Shown: piece after piece, positions 26,306 through 38,105 of the stretch
How the letters are laid out: the number at the start of each line of letters is the position of its first letter
Position numbering within the stretch: position 1 is the first letter of the stretch
Assembly: GCA_021613535.1 (NCBI GenBank)
Contig: CP075492.1
Span: forward strand, 5,332,001 to 5,396,000
Length of the DNA: 64,000 nt
Source: Adineta vaga
Taxonomy: Eukaryota > Animalia > Rotifera
Direction: 5' to 3'
Translations under genes and position numbers: made by a program
Notes under the pieces: model-generated
The model's database searches: none
Told to the model about the DNA's origin: nothing
Seen by the model: only the letters and a program-made list of their open reading frames with translations

Positions 26306-26533
26306 TGTAACGAAATCAGTGAAAAGCGTCACATCCTTATACTAGTCCTTACTTTGCACTTTGCACTTTGTCCTTATTTTGTATTCTATCATTACAATCC
26401 TTTGTCCTTTTCTCTCTCAGCAGGGTATATAAGTGACTGTTTTGTGTGAGAGCTATGTGATATATGATATGAAGAGATAAAGAAAAGCGTATGTCCATCA
26501 ACACTGCAGCCTCTTCTATCAGAAATCGTCACA
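26306..26533 (+). mobile_element. Solo LTR (family A)
   Basis: TGTAACG...CGTCACA termini; internal TATATAA; 5-bp TSD atagg/gtagg; homologous to 38434-38652. Confidence 0.75.
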
Positions 26534-26767
26534 GTAGGTGAATAACTTTAGAATATGGATTACAGTTTTACTCACCGTAGTCCTTAATTATAATTACGGT
26601 AATCTATTTAATCATATTTAGCGTTGTATTTTAACCGATCTTCGCAAGTATATACATTGCTACGCATCTTGATAGTAATTTGCATATGGGCACATTCACC
26701 TTTGTGTCCGCAACCACTTGCTTCCACTTTTGACAAACAACCGTCAAAGGACATGCATTTTCATATG

Positions 26768-27766
26768 TTATGGAATGGGTATTTGAGTTAGTATGTCGCT
26801 AGTATCTCGAAGTACTGTCAATTGTTGACAAGATTTTTTTATTTCCGCTTCAAACCGTTCTGCCACCACATATCTCATTCCGCTCTTGCGTGGCATCACA
26901 TGAAAATTATGACCATAAGAAATGTCAGTGATACGTTCTACTTTGACCTGATTATCAATTTTTAACATAGCTGCATGAGCACATCCATCGCCAATGTATT
27001 CACGAATCATTAAATCATCGCGAACTAACTCATTGACGAAAGTTTGAACTCGTTTTGATTCGTGATACCATTTTAATCGAACTATAAAGAAATTATTGTA
27101 AATGCAGCTAGAGACTTCGGATATATCGTAAAGAAAATGTTTCAGAACAGGCTTCATTGGTGTGATTGGTTCCCAGTATTCAGCACGATAAACATAATCT
27201 AGTTTTTGCTTGTCTGTATATATAAAAAGATCCTTTTTAGTCACATCGGAGAAATACGAATCAGCATCCATTCTCATAAGATAATCATATTGACCACCAG
27301 TGATCGATGGGTGATAAAAGATATCATGTGTCCAAAATCGACACATCAGACGATAGCTAATTGGTTTGTTGGATCGTGATCTATTATTGGGTTGTATTGA
27401 TGTTTGAAGATCGGCAAGAGCAAATGAAATCTTTATTTCTGTATTATTCCTAACTGTACATGATACTATGCGTTGGCGCATGGCAGATGTAAAGCTGTTA
27501 TCATGAAAAATAATGATTGGATAGAATGAGTTATTTTTAATTGAATGAAACCTCACTACAGAATGGATCATATTAATGGTTAAGAAAACAGATCGATCAT
27601 CGCTACGGATAAGTGTCGCGATGACACCTCGCGGTTGATAATAATTATTCTCGGAAATGAAATCATAATCGTTTCTAAAAATACCGAAATATATAGTAGT
27701 AACAATAGTAGTAACTAAGCAGATCAGCATTTTCGGCGTAGAAACGGTTACATTATAACATTTCAT
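26768..27766 (-). CDS. GT15 (KRE2/MNT1-like) alpha-mannosyltransferase-related type II membrane protein, intronless
   Basis: TM anchor; YPIIIFHD; SYRLMCRFW; YDYLMRMDADSYF (DxD); CIYNNF; IGD motif. Confidence 0.8.
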   Translation of the reverse strand: MKCYNVTVSTPKMLICLVTTIVTTIYFGIFRNDYDFISENNYYQPRGVIATLIRSDDRSVFLTINMIHSVVRFHSIKNNSFYPIIIFHDNSFTSAMRQRIVSCTVRNNTEIKISFALADLQTSIQPNNRSRSNKPISYRLMCRFWTHDIFYHPSITGGQYDYLMRMDADSYFSDVTKKDLFIYTDKQKLDYVYRAEYWEPITPMKPVLKHFLYDISEVSSCIYNNFFIVRLKWYHESKRVQTFVNELVRDDLMIREYIGDGCAHAAMLKIDNQVKVERITDISYGHNFHVMPRKSGMRYVVAERFEAEIKKSCQQLTVLRDTSDILTQIPIP

Positions 27767-28220
27767 TATTGCTGTAACATGTTAATAGGAGAGCTATAAA
27801 GAGTTTGTTTATGCATTGTATTTAAAGTAATCAAATATATCGCGCACAATTCTTTTGAACTATAATTATGAAAAGTAAACAATATACATGTTTGACAAGT
27901 CCATTATCATCACAAAATAATTAAAATACGATACAGTTCTATAATGTGTCAATGTCAAACTATATCAGTGTCATAAAATGTACATTGAGGGCGTGGGTAT
28001 GGATAATAGTAGGTTTTGACTGGCTCAGTATGCACATCCTCAAGATACACACATTACTAAAAGCGTCTTTTAAACTATTTACAGGGAACTCAATGTCCCC
28101 GAAAATTCTTGTTGTAACAACAAATTGCTTGAGTAGCTCACCGCTTCTCACGGTGTAGATGTCTACTAAGCTATCTCACATAGCCACAATGTCATCACTT
28201 AGTAATACAATCCACGCGTA

Positions 28221-29053
28221 TCCAGGTCAGTCGTTCCGGCCTCCAGTATCAATAGAAAAAACCCGTAAAAGCTAGACTGTCCCAGAGGTTCCCAACCGTT
28301 TCCGTCCGGAAGGGCACACAGAAATCGAAATAGTATTCAGACCGTATTACGCCGTACCCGGATTCATTACCATTCCGCATAGATCCCGTACTTTGCAAAC
28401 GATCATATCTCTTCACCATGTCGAAAATAGGTTCAGATTTCGACAACAGAATTCTCAGGAAAACCACGTTCCCTGGTGAACGAAACTGTCGCTTTGAGAA
28501 CAACTCATTTAAGAAATTATAATAAAGAAATTTTTCATTGCTGAAAAATCTTGTTTTGAAAATTTTTTGGATCAGCACGTCTCCATCCTTTTCCGAGTGC
28601 CCGTATCTGTTGCGAAAATGAACAGATTTTTCCGAAAAAAGCTCCTAGTTTCCGGTAGGATACAATTGGAAGGACGCGGGGGAAATCCACCAACATTCAG
28701 CCGTTTCAGGGCCGAGATGGGTGTGCTGATAAGATGAATAGCCCGCTCGGTGATTCTCTATCGGTCAAGAATATGTGTCTGATGACCGTTCAACATTCAG
28801 GTCATGACCGATTGACCGATAGTAACTGCTCAGACATTGCATCTCTCATTCTTTCTAATCTATGCGTCTTCTCTAGTATATAAGCGCATGTTGTTTGTAA
28901 CTTGAGCAGAACTGGAGCAATGATGTAGTAAGAGGAACATCATACATCGAGGATAGCGGTAACGCTTCTCATCCAGCTTTTCATTGTTGATCAACAATAA
29001 AGATATACTGCAGTGGTAACGAAAGGTCTCTATCTAAATTTCGTTACAATGGG
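28221..29053. mobile_element. CCCAGG-terminus (CMC/EnSpm-like) MITE carrying a solo LTR in its right end
   Basis: ta|tccaggtc ... gagatggg|ta (2-bp TSD TA); degenerate termini. Confidence 0.5.
28722..29048 (+). mobile_element. Solo LTR (family B)
   Basis: TGT...TTACA termini; perfect 5-bp TSD ATGGG; internal TATATAA (~28877) and AATAAA (~28996). Confidence 0.8.
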
Positions 29054-29148
29054 TATATAGAGAGAGAGAAAGTAGCGCGGGAGACGACAATAGCGGGAGG
29101 GTACGCATAAGTGATTAGGAGAGATGATCATATATTGATATCACCACA

Positions 29149-29565
29149 CACTCTAAATAAAAAAGGTGTATTCCCAAACCCATCGAAAAGATTCTGTATA
29201 TTTCAAAAGCTTCAGAATACGTTGACAAATCGCAAGAAATGGTTTTCAAAATCTACGAAACCTTTTTAAGTTCCGTACAGCGAAAAAACGTTTCGTATTT
29301 GCTCACGAAACCTTAATGCTTTCGTATAAAACTACAGTGCTGAACCCCGAGGTTTCGTACTTTCTGACGGAACCTTTTTTTCGCTGCACAAAACTTAAAA
29401 AGGTTTCGTAGAAGATGGTTCGGAGCGTGTATCCACGGTCTGATCCTTTTAGGTTTCGTAAATTTTGAAAACCATCTTTTTCGATTTGTCAACGCATTCT
29501 GAAGCTTTTGAAATCTATGAAATCCTTTGATGGGTTCGGTCACGTTACCTTTTTTATTTAGGATG
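29149..29565. mobile_element. Palindromic CAC-terminus MITE (CMC/EnSpm-like)
   Basis: cactctaaataaaaaagg ... ccttttttatttaggatg; long internal inverted arms; 2-bp TSD CA. Confidence 0.75.
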
Positions 29566-29958
29566 CAGAGCGTTATATCTATAGCATTACAATCTTGAAA
29601 GTATGTGAGGGTGTGGGTGCGAGTATTTATTGTTTACCGCCAGCCATACCCATACCCGGATGCTTATCCTTATATTCACATACTGAAATATACACATTTA
29701 AATATGTGTCGCGAACGAAATCGAAATTTAGTTAAAACTAAAATTTCAGTTGTGACTGTACCAGGACTGTACAGAACTAAAACTGTCTTCCTATAATAAA
29801 AAGCAAGACCAAGAAAAAATAAATAAAAATATAACAAGCGTTCTACATCGGCATGAAAGGAATTTCCGAGATTTTAGAAAAGTCAAGTGATAAAGGATGT
29901 GATTGTTTTGGAGCTAGTATGAGAAAACAAACACAAAGAACACTGGTACTCACACTCA

Positions 29959-30024
29959 TGGGTGGGTGTGGGTGTGGGTATGAAAGAAGAAGAGATAACC
30001 ACACCCACACCCACACCCTCAAGA
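29959..30024. repeat. Best-preserved telomere-like hairpin: (GGGTGT)n - spacer - (ACACCC)n-TCAAGA
   Basis: gggtgggtgtgggtgtgggt atgaaagaagaagagata accacacccacacccacaccctcaaga; about 12 related copies or half-copies in the window. Confidence 0.8.
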
Positions 30025-30702
30025 TTTGAATACTATAGTGAAAACCAAAAAGGTGTTATTCGAAACCTAAAAAGGATTTTGTTGTTAATACAAAGCCTAA
30101 AAGAGATTTCGAGGTTTGCATCGAGTTTGAAACTCTTTATTAACTTTTTATATTAGCTGTGAAACCATTTTAGATTTCGAAGAACGCCTTTTTCGTTTTC
30201 AGTGCATCGACTGGTTTATGAACAAAGGAAAATATGAGAAAACATCTCAGAGTCATTTCTCGTTACATAAAACGGAAATATTTCATTCAGCCTAATTATC
30301 GTGCTTCTTCAGAGTTTGAATTGATTGAAAGAGACGCGATTACTTATGATTATTACAGGTCAATTTCAATCCTGTTGACATACATGTTACACTAAAAAAA
30401 TTCACAGTTTTCACGTTTGAATCGAAACATTCCAGAGGATTATTTATTTAGTGTGGATGTTGATGTGGGTGGGTGGGTAAGCGTGAGCGTAGCATTATTA
30501 TACATCAATCCTATTCATACCCACACGTTCGTCCACATCTCCGCGCACACTCACACTCACACCCTTAGTAAGTAATTTCGATCAGTTTTTGTAGAAAGTT
30601 GACTTAGCGACGATAGAAGCATCCATATTAACGCATGTACGAATTTAAATATCCTTCGACAGTTTTCTTATTTTATTGAGGATTGCTTTGTGGAATTTCA
30701 AC

Positions 30703-33700
30703 ATGAACAAAAAACACTTTGTTCTTATAATGACTGTTATAAGTTTATTAAGTATACTGGTTAATAATACGATTCGTAATTTTGTAATCGAAAGTCAACT
30801 GAACCCTAAAACCATTATTAGTATTTTATCTGGATCTAGTGTATCTAATAAACGTGCATTGCTAAAAATTGCGATTATTGGTTCATCTGGTTACATCGGT
30901 TCACGTTTATTACGCCACTTACAAAGTATAGAAGAATGGAGTGTCGTCGGTTACGATCGAATATTTCCAGGAGAAGCTAGTCATGAGATACCATATAGTG
31001 ATTTGCAAAGCTTTCATGTGGTCATCTACTTAGGAGGCTTAACAGGTCGTGCGGCCTGCCGTGATCGTCCGAAGGATGTCGAACAAGAAAATATCGGAGA
31101 TATATACGCTCTTGCAAAGCGTATGACATCGTTTCAACTTTTAATATTTGCTTCAACATCTGCCATTGCGGAAGGCTCTGGCTCGACTCCTTTTAGCGAA
31201 GACTCTCCTGTGCAGTCACAGTTATTTGACTCTTATACGGCATCGTTAAAGCGCCGTGAAGAAGTTTTACAAAGTTTCAGTTTGAAACGCAAGACTGCTC
31301 CACGAATGATAGGTTTACGATTCGGTACAGTAGTTGGTTTATCATCCAGCCAACGTACTGATTTAGCATATATGGCACTGATTTGTCAAGCATTTCTTGG
31401 CGGAAGGCTGTACGTTACTCATCCTGAGTCAAATCGTGCTTGGTTGTGCATGGAAGACCTTATGGAAGCATTTACCGTATTAATTAAGGGTTCTCAAAGA
31501 GCGAAATGGTTCGATATATTTCATCTTCAATCATTTTCGTGCAGTATATCCAACGTCGTCAATTCGATCGCACGTCTTTCAGGAGCGCACGTCGATATAA
31601 AAAGTCATTCCATTAATGATGATAATGTGGGATTTTCGCTCAATACAACAAAATTCGAGACTACATTTAATTTTACCTTCTCGGGAAACCAAGATCAAAT
31701 CATCACCAGAATGATGGATGATGTACCACGAATGTGCCTCGGTCGAGAGTCACGGAAGGACAACAATTCGGTTCCATGTGTCGTCTGTGGCTCACATGAA
31801 ATGCATACAGTACTAGATTTACATACACAACCTCTCGCTAATGATTTTAAAACACAACCAAACGCATCAATTGCATGTGATCGATTTCCACTTCGTCTAG
31901 TACGCTGTACAAAATGTCATCATACGCAACTATCATATATTGTGGATAGATCCTATTTATTCAGTCATTATCTGTACCAAAGCGGTACTAGTGATAGTTT
32001 GAAAAACTATTTTGAATGGTTAGCTAGAAAAGTTATAGATGAAAGTGATACCAGGAATGGAACTGTAGTTGAGATTGCCTGCAACGACGGCAGTCAATTG
32101 AATCAATTCTTGAAGTACGGTTGGCAAACCATCGGAATCGATCCAGCTAAGAATCTAGTTAAGCTTGCAAAAGCACAGGGTCATACAGTTTATAGTGGCT
32201 TTTGGGGTACTGATAAGTTTTCTCAATTACCTCCACCCGATACCCTGAATGCTATCATTGCGCAGAATGTACTAGCTCATGTTGACACACCTGTAAAATT
32301 TCTACGTGCGTGTGCTGCAGTAATGGGTCTCAAAACAAAACTATACATTCAAACTTCTCAATGTGAAATGTACGAGACAGGACAGTTTGATACGATATAT
32401 CATGAGCATGTATCTTTCTTCACAGCGCATTCATTTAAAAAAATTGCAAACCTTGCTGGCTTAAATATTATCAACTTCGAGATTACACCTATACATGGAC
32501 GTTCATGTTTGGTAACTTTCCAGCGGATGAAATCATCTAATAAATCTTTTCTCACTGCTGCTCAACTGCAATTAGCGCCATCGTTTTCTTCTGCACTGGG
32601 AAAAGAATACAATCTTGGCATGACAGAACATTGGTTTTATCTGAAGTACCAAGCTCAAGCACAATCGATGCGGCAATGGATCATACGTCAGTTAGAAAAC
32701 TTGAACAGTCAAGGACATACCATCGTTGCATATGGTGCTGCAGCCAAGGGCATGGTTCTTTTACATTACTTGTTAGAAATGCCCAATCGATTATGGAATA
32801 TATCTTATATATGCGATGATGCGCCATTGAAACAAAATACATACTGTCCTGGTACACTCATACCGGTGCGTCCCACAACTGAATTGAGTAGATCGGATCC
32901 AACTAAGCCTCTAACAATTATTGTGTTTGCATGGAATTTTTGGAATGAAATAGCCACAAAAATTCGCAAACAGACGATCAAGGAAGGAATTAATAACGTT
33001 TTTGTAATACTTCCGTTTCCTCAACAGCAACTCATTAGATTAAGCTCAGCTACAACTCTAACACTAACAGAAAATCCATATCGATTATTACCTTGGCCAA
33101 ACATACTACCGAGAACGCGTTTGCCTGTGATTTTACTCTCTCATTTCTTCAATGAAGAAATCTTATTACCATATTGGATACGCCATCATGTCTCTATGTT
33201 TGACATGGCGATTTTGATTAACTACAACAGTACTGATCGATCGGTGGAAATTATTCGCCAAGAAGCTCCAAAAACTTGGAAAATTGTAGATTCACGGAAT
33301 GAAGGATTCGAAGCTCAAAAGGTTGACGAGGAAGTAATGAATTATGAACAGATGTATCCGAAAGCATGGAAAATTGTGCTAAATACACCCGAATTTTTGG
33401 TGCATTCAAATCTTCGTCAGATGCTTGCAGAAACAGAGCGCAATACCGATATCAAGGCACTACGTTTTCGTGCTATAGCCATGTCGGGTGATGATTCCAA
33501 ACCATTACAACGATTTGTATCACTATTAAAACAACGTTCTCAATATACTCTGAACACCTCTTCTACAAGCGAAATGCACGGTGAAACATATTATTCACGT
33601 TATTTACATCGTTTTCCGACAGTGCAGTATGGAATTGGTCGTCATAGCATTGCCGATGCCATATGGCAATGGACTGACACTGGGTTCATAGCTAAGTATC

Positions 33701-33933
33701 AATATACACCATGGCCAGAAATAATTAATCGTAAACTTCAGATTCGTCATCGGATTCCATCTAGTGATTTGGCTCAACTACGTGGTTTCCAGCATGATAT
33801 TAACTTCGAGCAACTTCAAATGACAAAAAATCTTGCTCAACGTATGTGTCAGAACGACCTTAAAAACTTAAGTGCAATAACCGGTGAATTAGTGGCTATG
33901 CATCGTTTATGGCGAGAAGTCACCAACTACTGA
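30703..33933 (+). CDS. 1076-aa fusion: signal anchor + NAD-dependent NDP-sugar epimerase/dehydratase (SDR) + zinc-binding NDP-hexose C-methyltransferase + GT2-like domain; intronless
   Basis: GSSGYIG, FASTS, LRFGTVVG (SDR, ~30865-31720); CVVCGS..QPLAN..CTKCHHTQL, EIACNDG, NVLAHV, FDTIYHEH, YGAAAKG, AWNF (C-methyltransferase, ~31777-33020); HFFNEEILLPYWIRHH..NYNSTDRS..WKIVLNTPEFL (GT2-like, ~33120-33930). Confidence 0.9.
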   Translation: MNKKHFVLIMTVISLLSILVNNTIRNFVIESQLNPKTIISILSGSSVSNKRALLKIAIIGSSGYIGSRLLRHLQSIEEWSVVGYDRIFPGEASHEIPYSDLQSFHVVIYLGGLTGRAACRDRPKDVEQENIGDIYALAKRMTSFQLLIFASTSAIAEGSGSTPFSEDSPVQSQLFDSYTASLKRREEVLQSFSLKRKTAPRMIGLRFGTVVGLSSSQRTDLAYMALICQAFLGGRLYVTHPESNRAWLCMEDLMEAFTVLIKGSQRAKWFDIFHLQSFSCSISNVVNSIARLSGAHVDIKSHSINDDNVGFSLNTTKFETTFNFTFSGNQDQIITRMMDDVPRMCLGRESRKDNNSVPCVVCGSHEMHTVLDLHTQPLANDFKTQPNASIACDRFPLRLVRCTKCHHTQLSYIVDRSYLFSHYLYQSGTSDSLKNYFEWLARKVIDESDTRNGTVVEIACNDGSQLNQFLKYGWQTIGIDPAKNLVKLAKAQGHTVYSGFWGTDKFSQLPPPDTLNAIIAQNVLAHVDTPVKFLRACAAVMGLKTKLYIQTSQCEMYETGQFDTIYHEHVSFFTAHSFKKIANLAGLNIINFEITPIHGRSCLVTFQRMKSSNKSFLTAAQLQLAPSFSSALGKEYNLGMTEHWFYLKYQAQAQSMRQWIIRQLENLNSQGHTIVAYGAAAKGMVLLHYLLEMPNRLWNISYICDDAPLKQNTYCPGTLIPVRPTTELSRSDPTKPLTIIVFAWNFWNEIATKIRKQTIKEGINNVFVILPFPQQQLIRLSSATTLTLTENPYRLLPWPNILPRTRLPVILLSHFFNEEILLPYWIRHHVSMFDMAILINYNSTDRSVEIIRQEAPKTWKIVDSRNEGFEAQKVDEEVMNYEQMYPKAWKIVLNTPEFLVHSNLRQMLAETERNTDIKALRFRAIAMSGDDSKPLQRFVSLLKQRSQYTLNTSSTSEMHGETYYSRYLHRFPTVQYGIGRHSIADAIWQWTDTGFIAKYQYTPWPEIINRKLQIRHRIPSSDLAQLRGFQHDINFEQLQMTKNLAQRMCQNDLKNLSAITGELVAMHRLWREVTNY

Positions 33934-34502
33934 GACGTTTCGTTTTATTTAGTAGTCAACTCTGTAAAAAAGGTGGTGCCATAGGAAACTATAAAATGTT
34001 TTAGTGAGGATTCAGAACCTCTCAAGGTTTCATTCGTTTATTAACCCCTTGAATGTTATCGATGCCTATAGGCGTCAGAGAAATTTTTGTGAGAGAAATG
34101 AAAAAAAAATTCTATGTTGTTTGTTCCATAAATAATAAATTATTTCGAAGATCTCATTTCATTTCAAGAATTTTTATGTTCTTAGCAGTGCCTCTGAATT
34201 TATACTTGCCTGGCAGACAGAAAGTGTACCAGGTTCATGACATATATAAAGCGGGAATCAAAAGTTTAAGGCGCTTTTGTTTAGTCCATTTTCTACATCA
34301 AAAGTCTTTTCTTAGCGACATCTATATAACTATTTCGATAGCTTTCACAATGGGACATAAGATTAATATGCTGAGATCTTGGAAGGAATTATTTTTATTT
34401 ATTCAGAAAATTTTTTTTCATGTGATCAAAAGTTTAAGGCTTTTTTAAATGACCCCTTTGTCCTCTGAGGAACAAAAGCTACAGTATGTTTTTGACTATT
34501 AT

Positions 34503-37027
34503 CCCAGGTCGATGATTTCGAGGGCCGTTTCCGACGCCGTTTAAGGCTTGAAACGGCTAGAAAACGACTAAATTCGTGCCGGAAACGGGCACGAACGGCT
34601 GCCGTTTTTTGCCGTTTTATATAGTAATCCGTTCACCCAGATTTTTATATGTAGTTTCACCGGAACGGAAACGGCGCCGTTTCAGTTCGTTTCCGGTGAT
34701 ATACGATAGACCGTATCGATGCGTTTTTATGCCTGAAACGTGGCGTTTTCTCAACGTTTTACGCCGGAATTAGTAGTCTTTATTTATCTATTCTAACATA
34801 ATTACACACTGTTTCACTTCTACATATAATCTTTTATTGAAATACAGTGTTCGAACATATAAGCAAAAAGATATGTTTTTCACTTACCAGTTTCACAATG
34901 ACAAGAATACAATAAAAAGACCCGCACTTTAAAACAAACTATTTTCAAAATAATCACACAACACGAGAAAAATGTATATGGTTCAAACAAAACTGATATC
35001 TGAGAAATTAATAAAACGTACCATTTTATTGATCTTTATGTTCAACAGCAAATGTTTCCGAATATGGATAAGAATTTTGTGTATTCATGACCATAAAATC
35101 AGGATCTCGAGGGATTTCATCAGTTGCTGCAGCATCTCTTTGAACAATTTGTGATCTTTCTTTTCTTGAACATGAATCATATAAAAATCGACTAAGTTTT
35201 ACTCGAAATGAATTAGTGTAATAACGACGATATCCATCATGAGATAATTTGTATTTGACTCGAATAGATTCTAAAAGATATAAATAGAATGAAATAAATA
35301 ATTCAACGGTTAGTAATAAATAGATTTTCCATATTTAATGAAGATAATCAATATTCATATGTGGATGTAAAATTATGTGGAATAGGCAAGATTGACTTAA
35401 TTAATTAAGTAAAGCGTTTTAAATGAAATTTAGAAATATTTGTTTCACTTAATAATTTCATTAATTCAATACAATAAGAAGATGCGGTTGTATCATCATT
35501 TGAAAACTGATGTACAAATAATGGTATTTTTATACATAAATATTTATAATCATTTAAGGATTTAAACATAGACTTTTATCATCATCAATTGGTGAGTCAA
35601 AATGCGAATTTTCGTCGATATCAATTAACAATCCATTAATAAATTGATCAGCATTGGTATAACTATTAACATCATCATAATGATTATTTAATAACTCAGC
35701 ATATTCACCACTAATAATATCATTGTTATCTACAAATAAATCATCTTCTTAGTTGTTTAATAATCTATCATATTTTTTTTCTCATCGTGTGAAGAATAAT
35801 TAGCTTGAGATGTACAATATGATTTGATTTGAGGTAAATATAGTTTTTCATCTTCTTGTGTAGCAATTAGCTTCTTTGTCTGAGCTGAGCGTTGAATTTG
35901 TACCAACATTTTTTCTCTTGTTTTGATTTTGACCAAATAGACTATCATTATGTATCTGAAAACCCATCTAAAGTACAGAAAAGGCATTTATGCTATGAAA
36001 ATATTAAAAAAAATTACTAAATAATTCATTTAACTCACACATATATATGGGTGATTCCACCGTATCTGTCACGTTTACAGTGACCTTCTCTAAATAGATT
36101 TTGGAGGCCATATTCGTGTAGAGCATAGTCGATAACCAATGCATGGTGGCATAGCAGGTTTTGTAGATAAATTTTTTCTCTACAAACCTGCTAATTCACT
36201 ATACTCCCAAAGTCTGCGTTCGTGTTCTATAGCGATCAACAAGAACAAAGGATTTTCGTCATTTTTCGCTATTTTTGCTATTTTCGCATCAGCAATAATG
36301 ATAGCTGTTCGCTTTACTGTTTGACTATTGAGGGAAACTTGTGACCAAACATAGGTTATCGACTATGCTCTACACGAATATGGCCTTCAAAATCAATTTG
36401 GAGAAAGTCGTGTATAAAGTATCAGAGATACGGTGGAACCGCCCATATATTATATTAATTCTTTGTTTGACCAATTGTCAGTCATTAAAATAGTCTAAAA
36501 AAATTATTTAGTTTTAGGATTAAATATTCATTTTAGAAATTCAGTTTTGATATTTCTGTAAGATATAGTCTCGTATTCAATATAATGTATGTTTATTTTC
36601 TTGTCATGATATAGATGTCGCTATAATAAATGTCTATACGCAGTAATTACTACAATAATATAATAACTATACTCTTCCCCATGATCTATGCAAATTCGTA
36701 TTAATACAGAAATTTAAAACATTTTTTGTATAAAAGGCGTAGTATTCTAATCTATCGACAGAATACGACATGATAACGGCGGAAAACGAGAGCCCGTACG
36801 ACTACCGTTTTCCAATGAGACGGAATACGATATAATAACGTCGAAAAACGGTAACCTTCACAACTGCCGTTTACGATGAGATGGAATCGACTAAAGGAAA
36901 TACCTCCCGTTTTCTAAAGTTCTCAAGCCGTTTTCCAACACACCGTAAACGATGGTCTTAAGGTGACCGTTTTTTAATCGTTTTTCATTGTTTAAGGCAG
37001 TTTACGACGCCGTATTCATTCACCTGG
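34503..37027. mobile_element. CCCAGG-terminus (CMC/EnSpm-like) non-autonomous element nested in the Tc1 5' region
   Basis: at|cccaggtcga ... ttcacctgg|at; subterminal ccgttt/aaacgg repeats at both ends. Confidence 0.7.
36049..36444. mobile_element. Palindromic MITE with GGG...CCC ends in a TA run
   Basis: gggtgattccaccgtatct..ggccatattcgtgtagagcatagtcgataacc / ggttatcgactatgctctacacgaatatggcc..agatacggtggaaccgccc. Confidence 0.75.
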
Positions 37028-37084
37028 ATTGTTTGTTTCTACTTATAAATATACTTCGATTTCTTTGAATTATATAATTTATTT

Positions 37085-38105
37085 ATGGGTAAAAAACCTG
37101 TTGATCCTTTCGTCCGGGCCCAGACAGTGGCTCTTGATAATGCTGGTTTTAAACAGGTCGATACTTCAACACGACTCGAAATATCTCTATGTTTTGTCCA
37201 AAATGCTATCACGAAATTCAAAAATGATGGTCATTATAATGATATGAAACGTTCAGGACGTCCAAAAAAAATTACTGGTGATGATATTCGTTATTTGAAG
37301 AAATTGGTTCGTGGTGATGTTCGACCTAGTGCAAGCAAAGTTACATCTGAATTAAATATTAGCTTACCAAATCCAGTCTCGGTGGTGCCAGTACCTCGGT
37401 ATCTGAAGTATTTGGGCTATGAATACGTTGTGAAATCGAAAAGGCAATGATTAACGGCCAAACATCGACGACAACGTATTGCATGGTGTAATCAATATTC
37501 AAATTGGACACCTGATGATTGGCGAAAGGTGATTTTTTCTGATGAATCGACATTTTATGTTTTAAAACGAAAAAATCTATGCAAAATATGCCGTTTAGAC
37601 AAAGAAAAACTTCTTCCAGAATGTTTGAAACAAACTAACACAACTGATGGTGGTAAGGTCGGCATCTGGAGTGGAATCTCCGGTCATGGAACAACAGCGT
37701 CAAAGAGTTACACAGAAAATATGAACAGTAGTTTATACTGTGATGTATTGGAACACGAATTGCACCAATCCATGCGAAAAATTCCAAGAAAAAATAAAAT
37801 GATCTTTCAACAGGACCTGCCTCCCTGGCATACCTCCAAAATGGTTAGTCAAAAGATTCGTCAAACGAAGCTGAATGATCTTGACTAGGCTGCAAAGAGC
37901 CCAGATTTATACCCCATAGAGATGCTCTGGTCAATTATTGATAAAAAAACTAACTGCTAAACCAATTTATTCAAAAACAGCTTTGAAGGAACGTTTACAA
38001 GAAGTATGGAACGATATCGATCAAGATTTATGCGTCAAGTTGGTCGAATCAATGCCTGAACGTATTCGAAAATGTTTAGCAGCGAAAGGTGGACACTTCA
38101 AATGA
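37085..38105 (+). pseudogene. Tc1 DD34E transposase with in-frame stops and a frameshift
   Basis: RSGRPKK, IFSDES, FQQD-34aa-E (SPDLYPIE), KGGHFK; stops at 37448 and 37886. Confidence 0.9.

Noticed and set aside
29593-30568. Repeat-spacer look of the GGGTGT hairpins suggesting a CRISPR-like array
   Set aside because: The repeats are inverted and dispersed, not regularly spaced direct repeats; no cas genes; eukaryotic context.
26768-33933. Bacterial contamination as the explanation for the intronless foreign-type genes
   Set aside because: They are interleaved with eukaryotic TEs, have signal anchors, lack operon spacing, and neighbouring cluster genes have spliceosomal introns.
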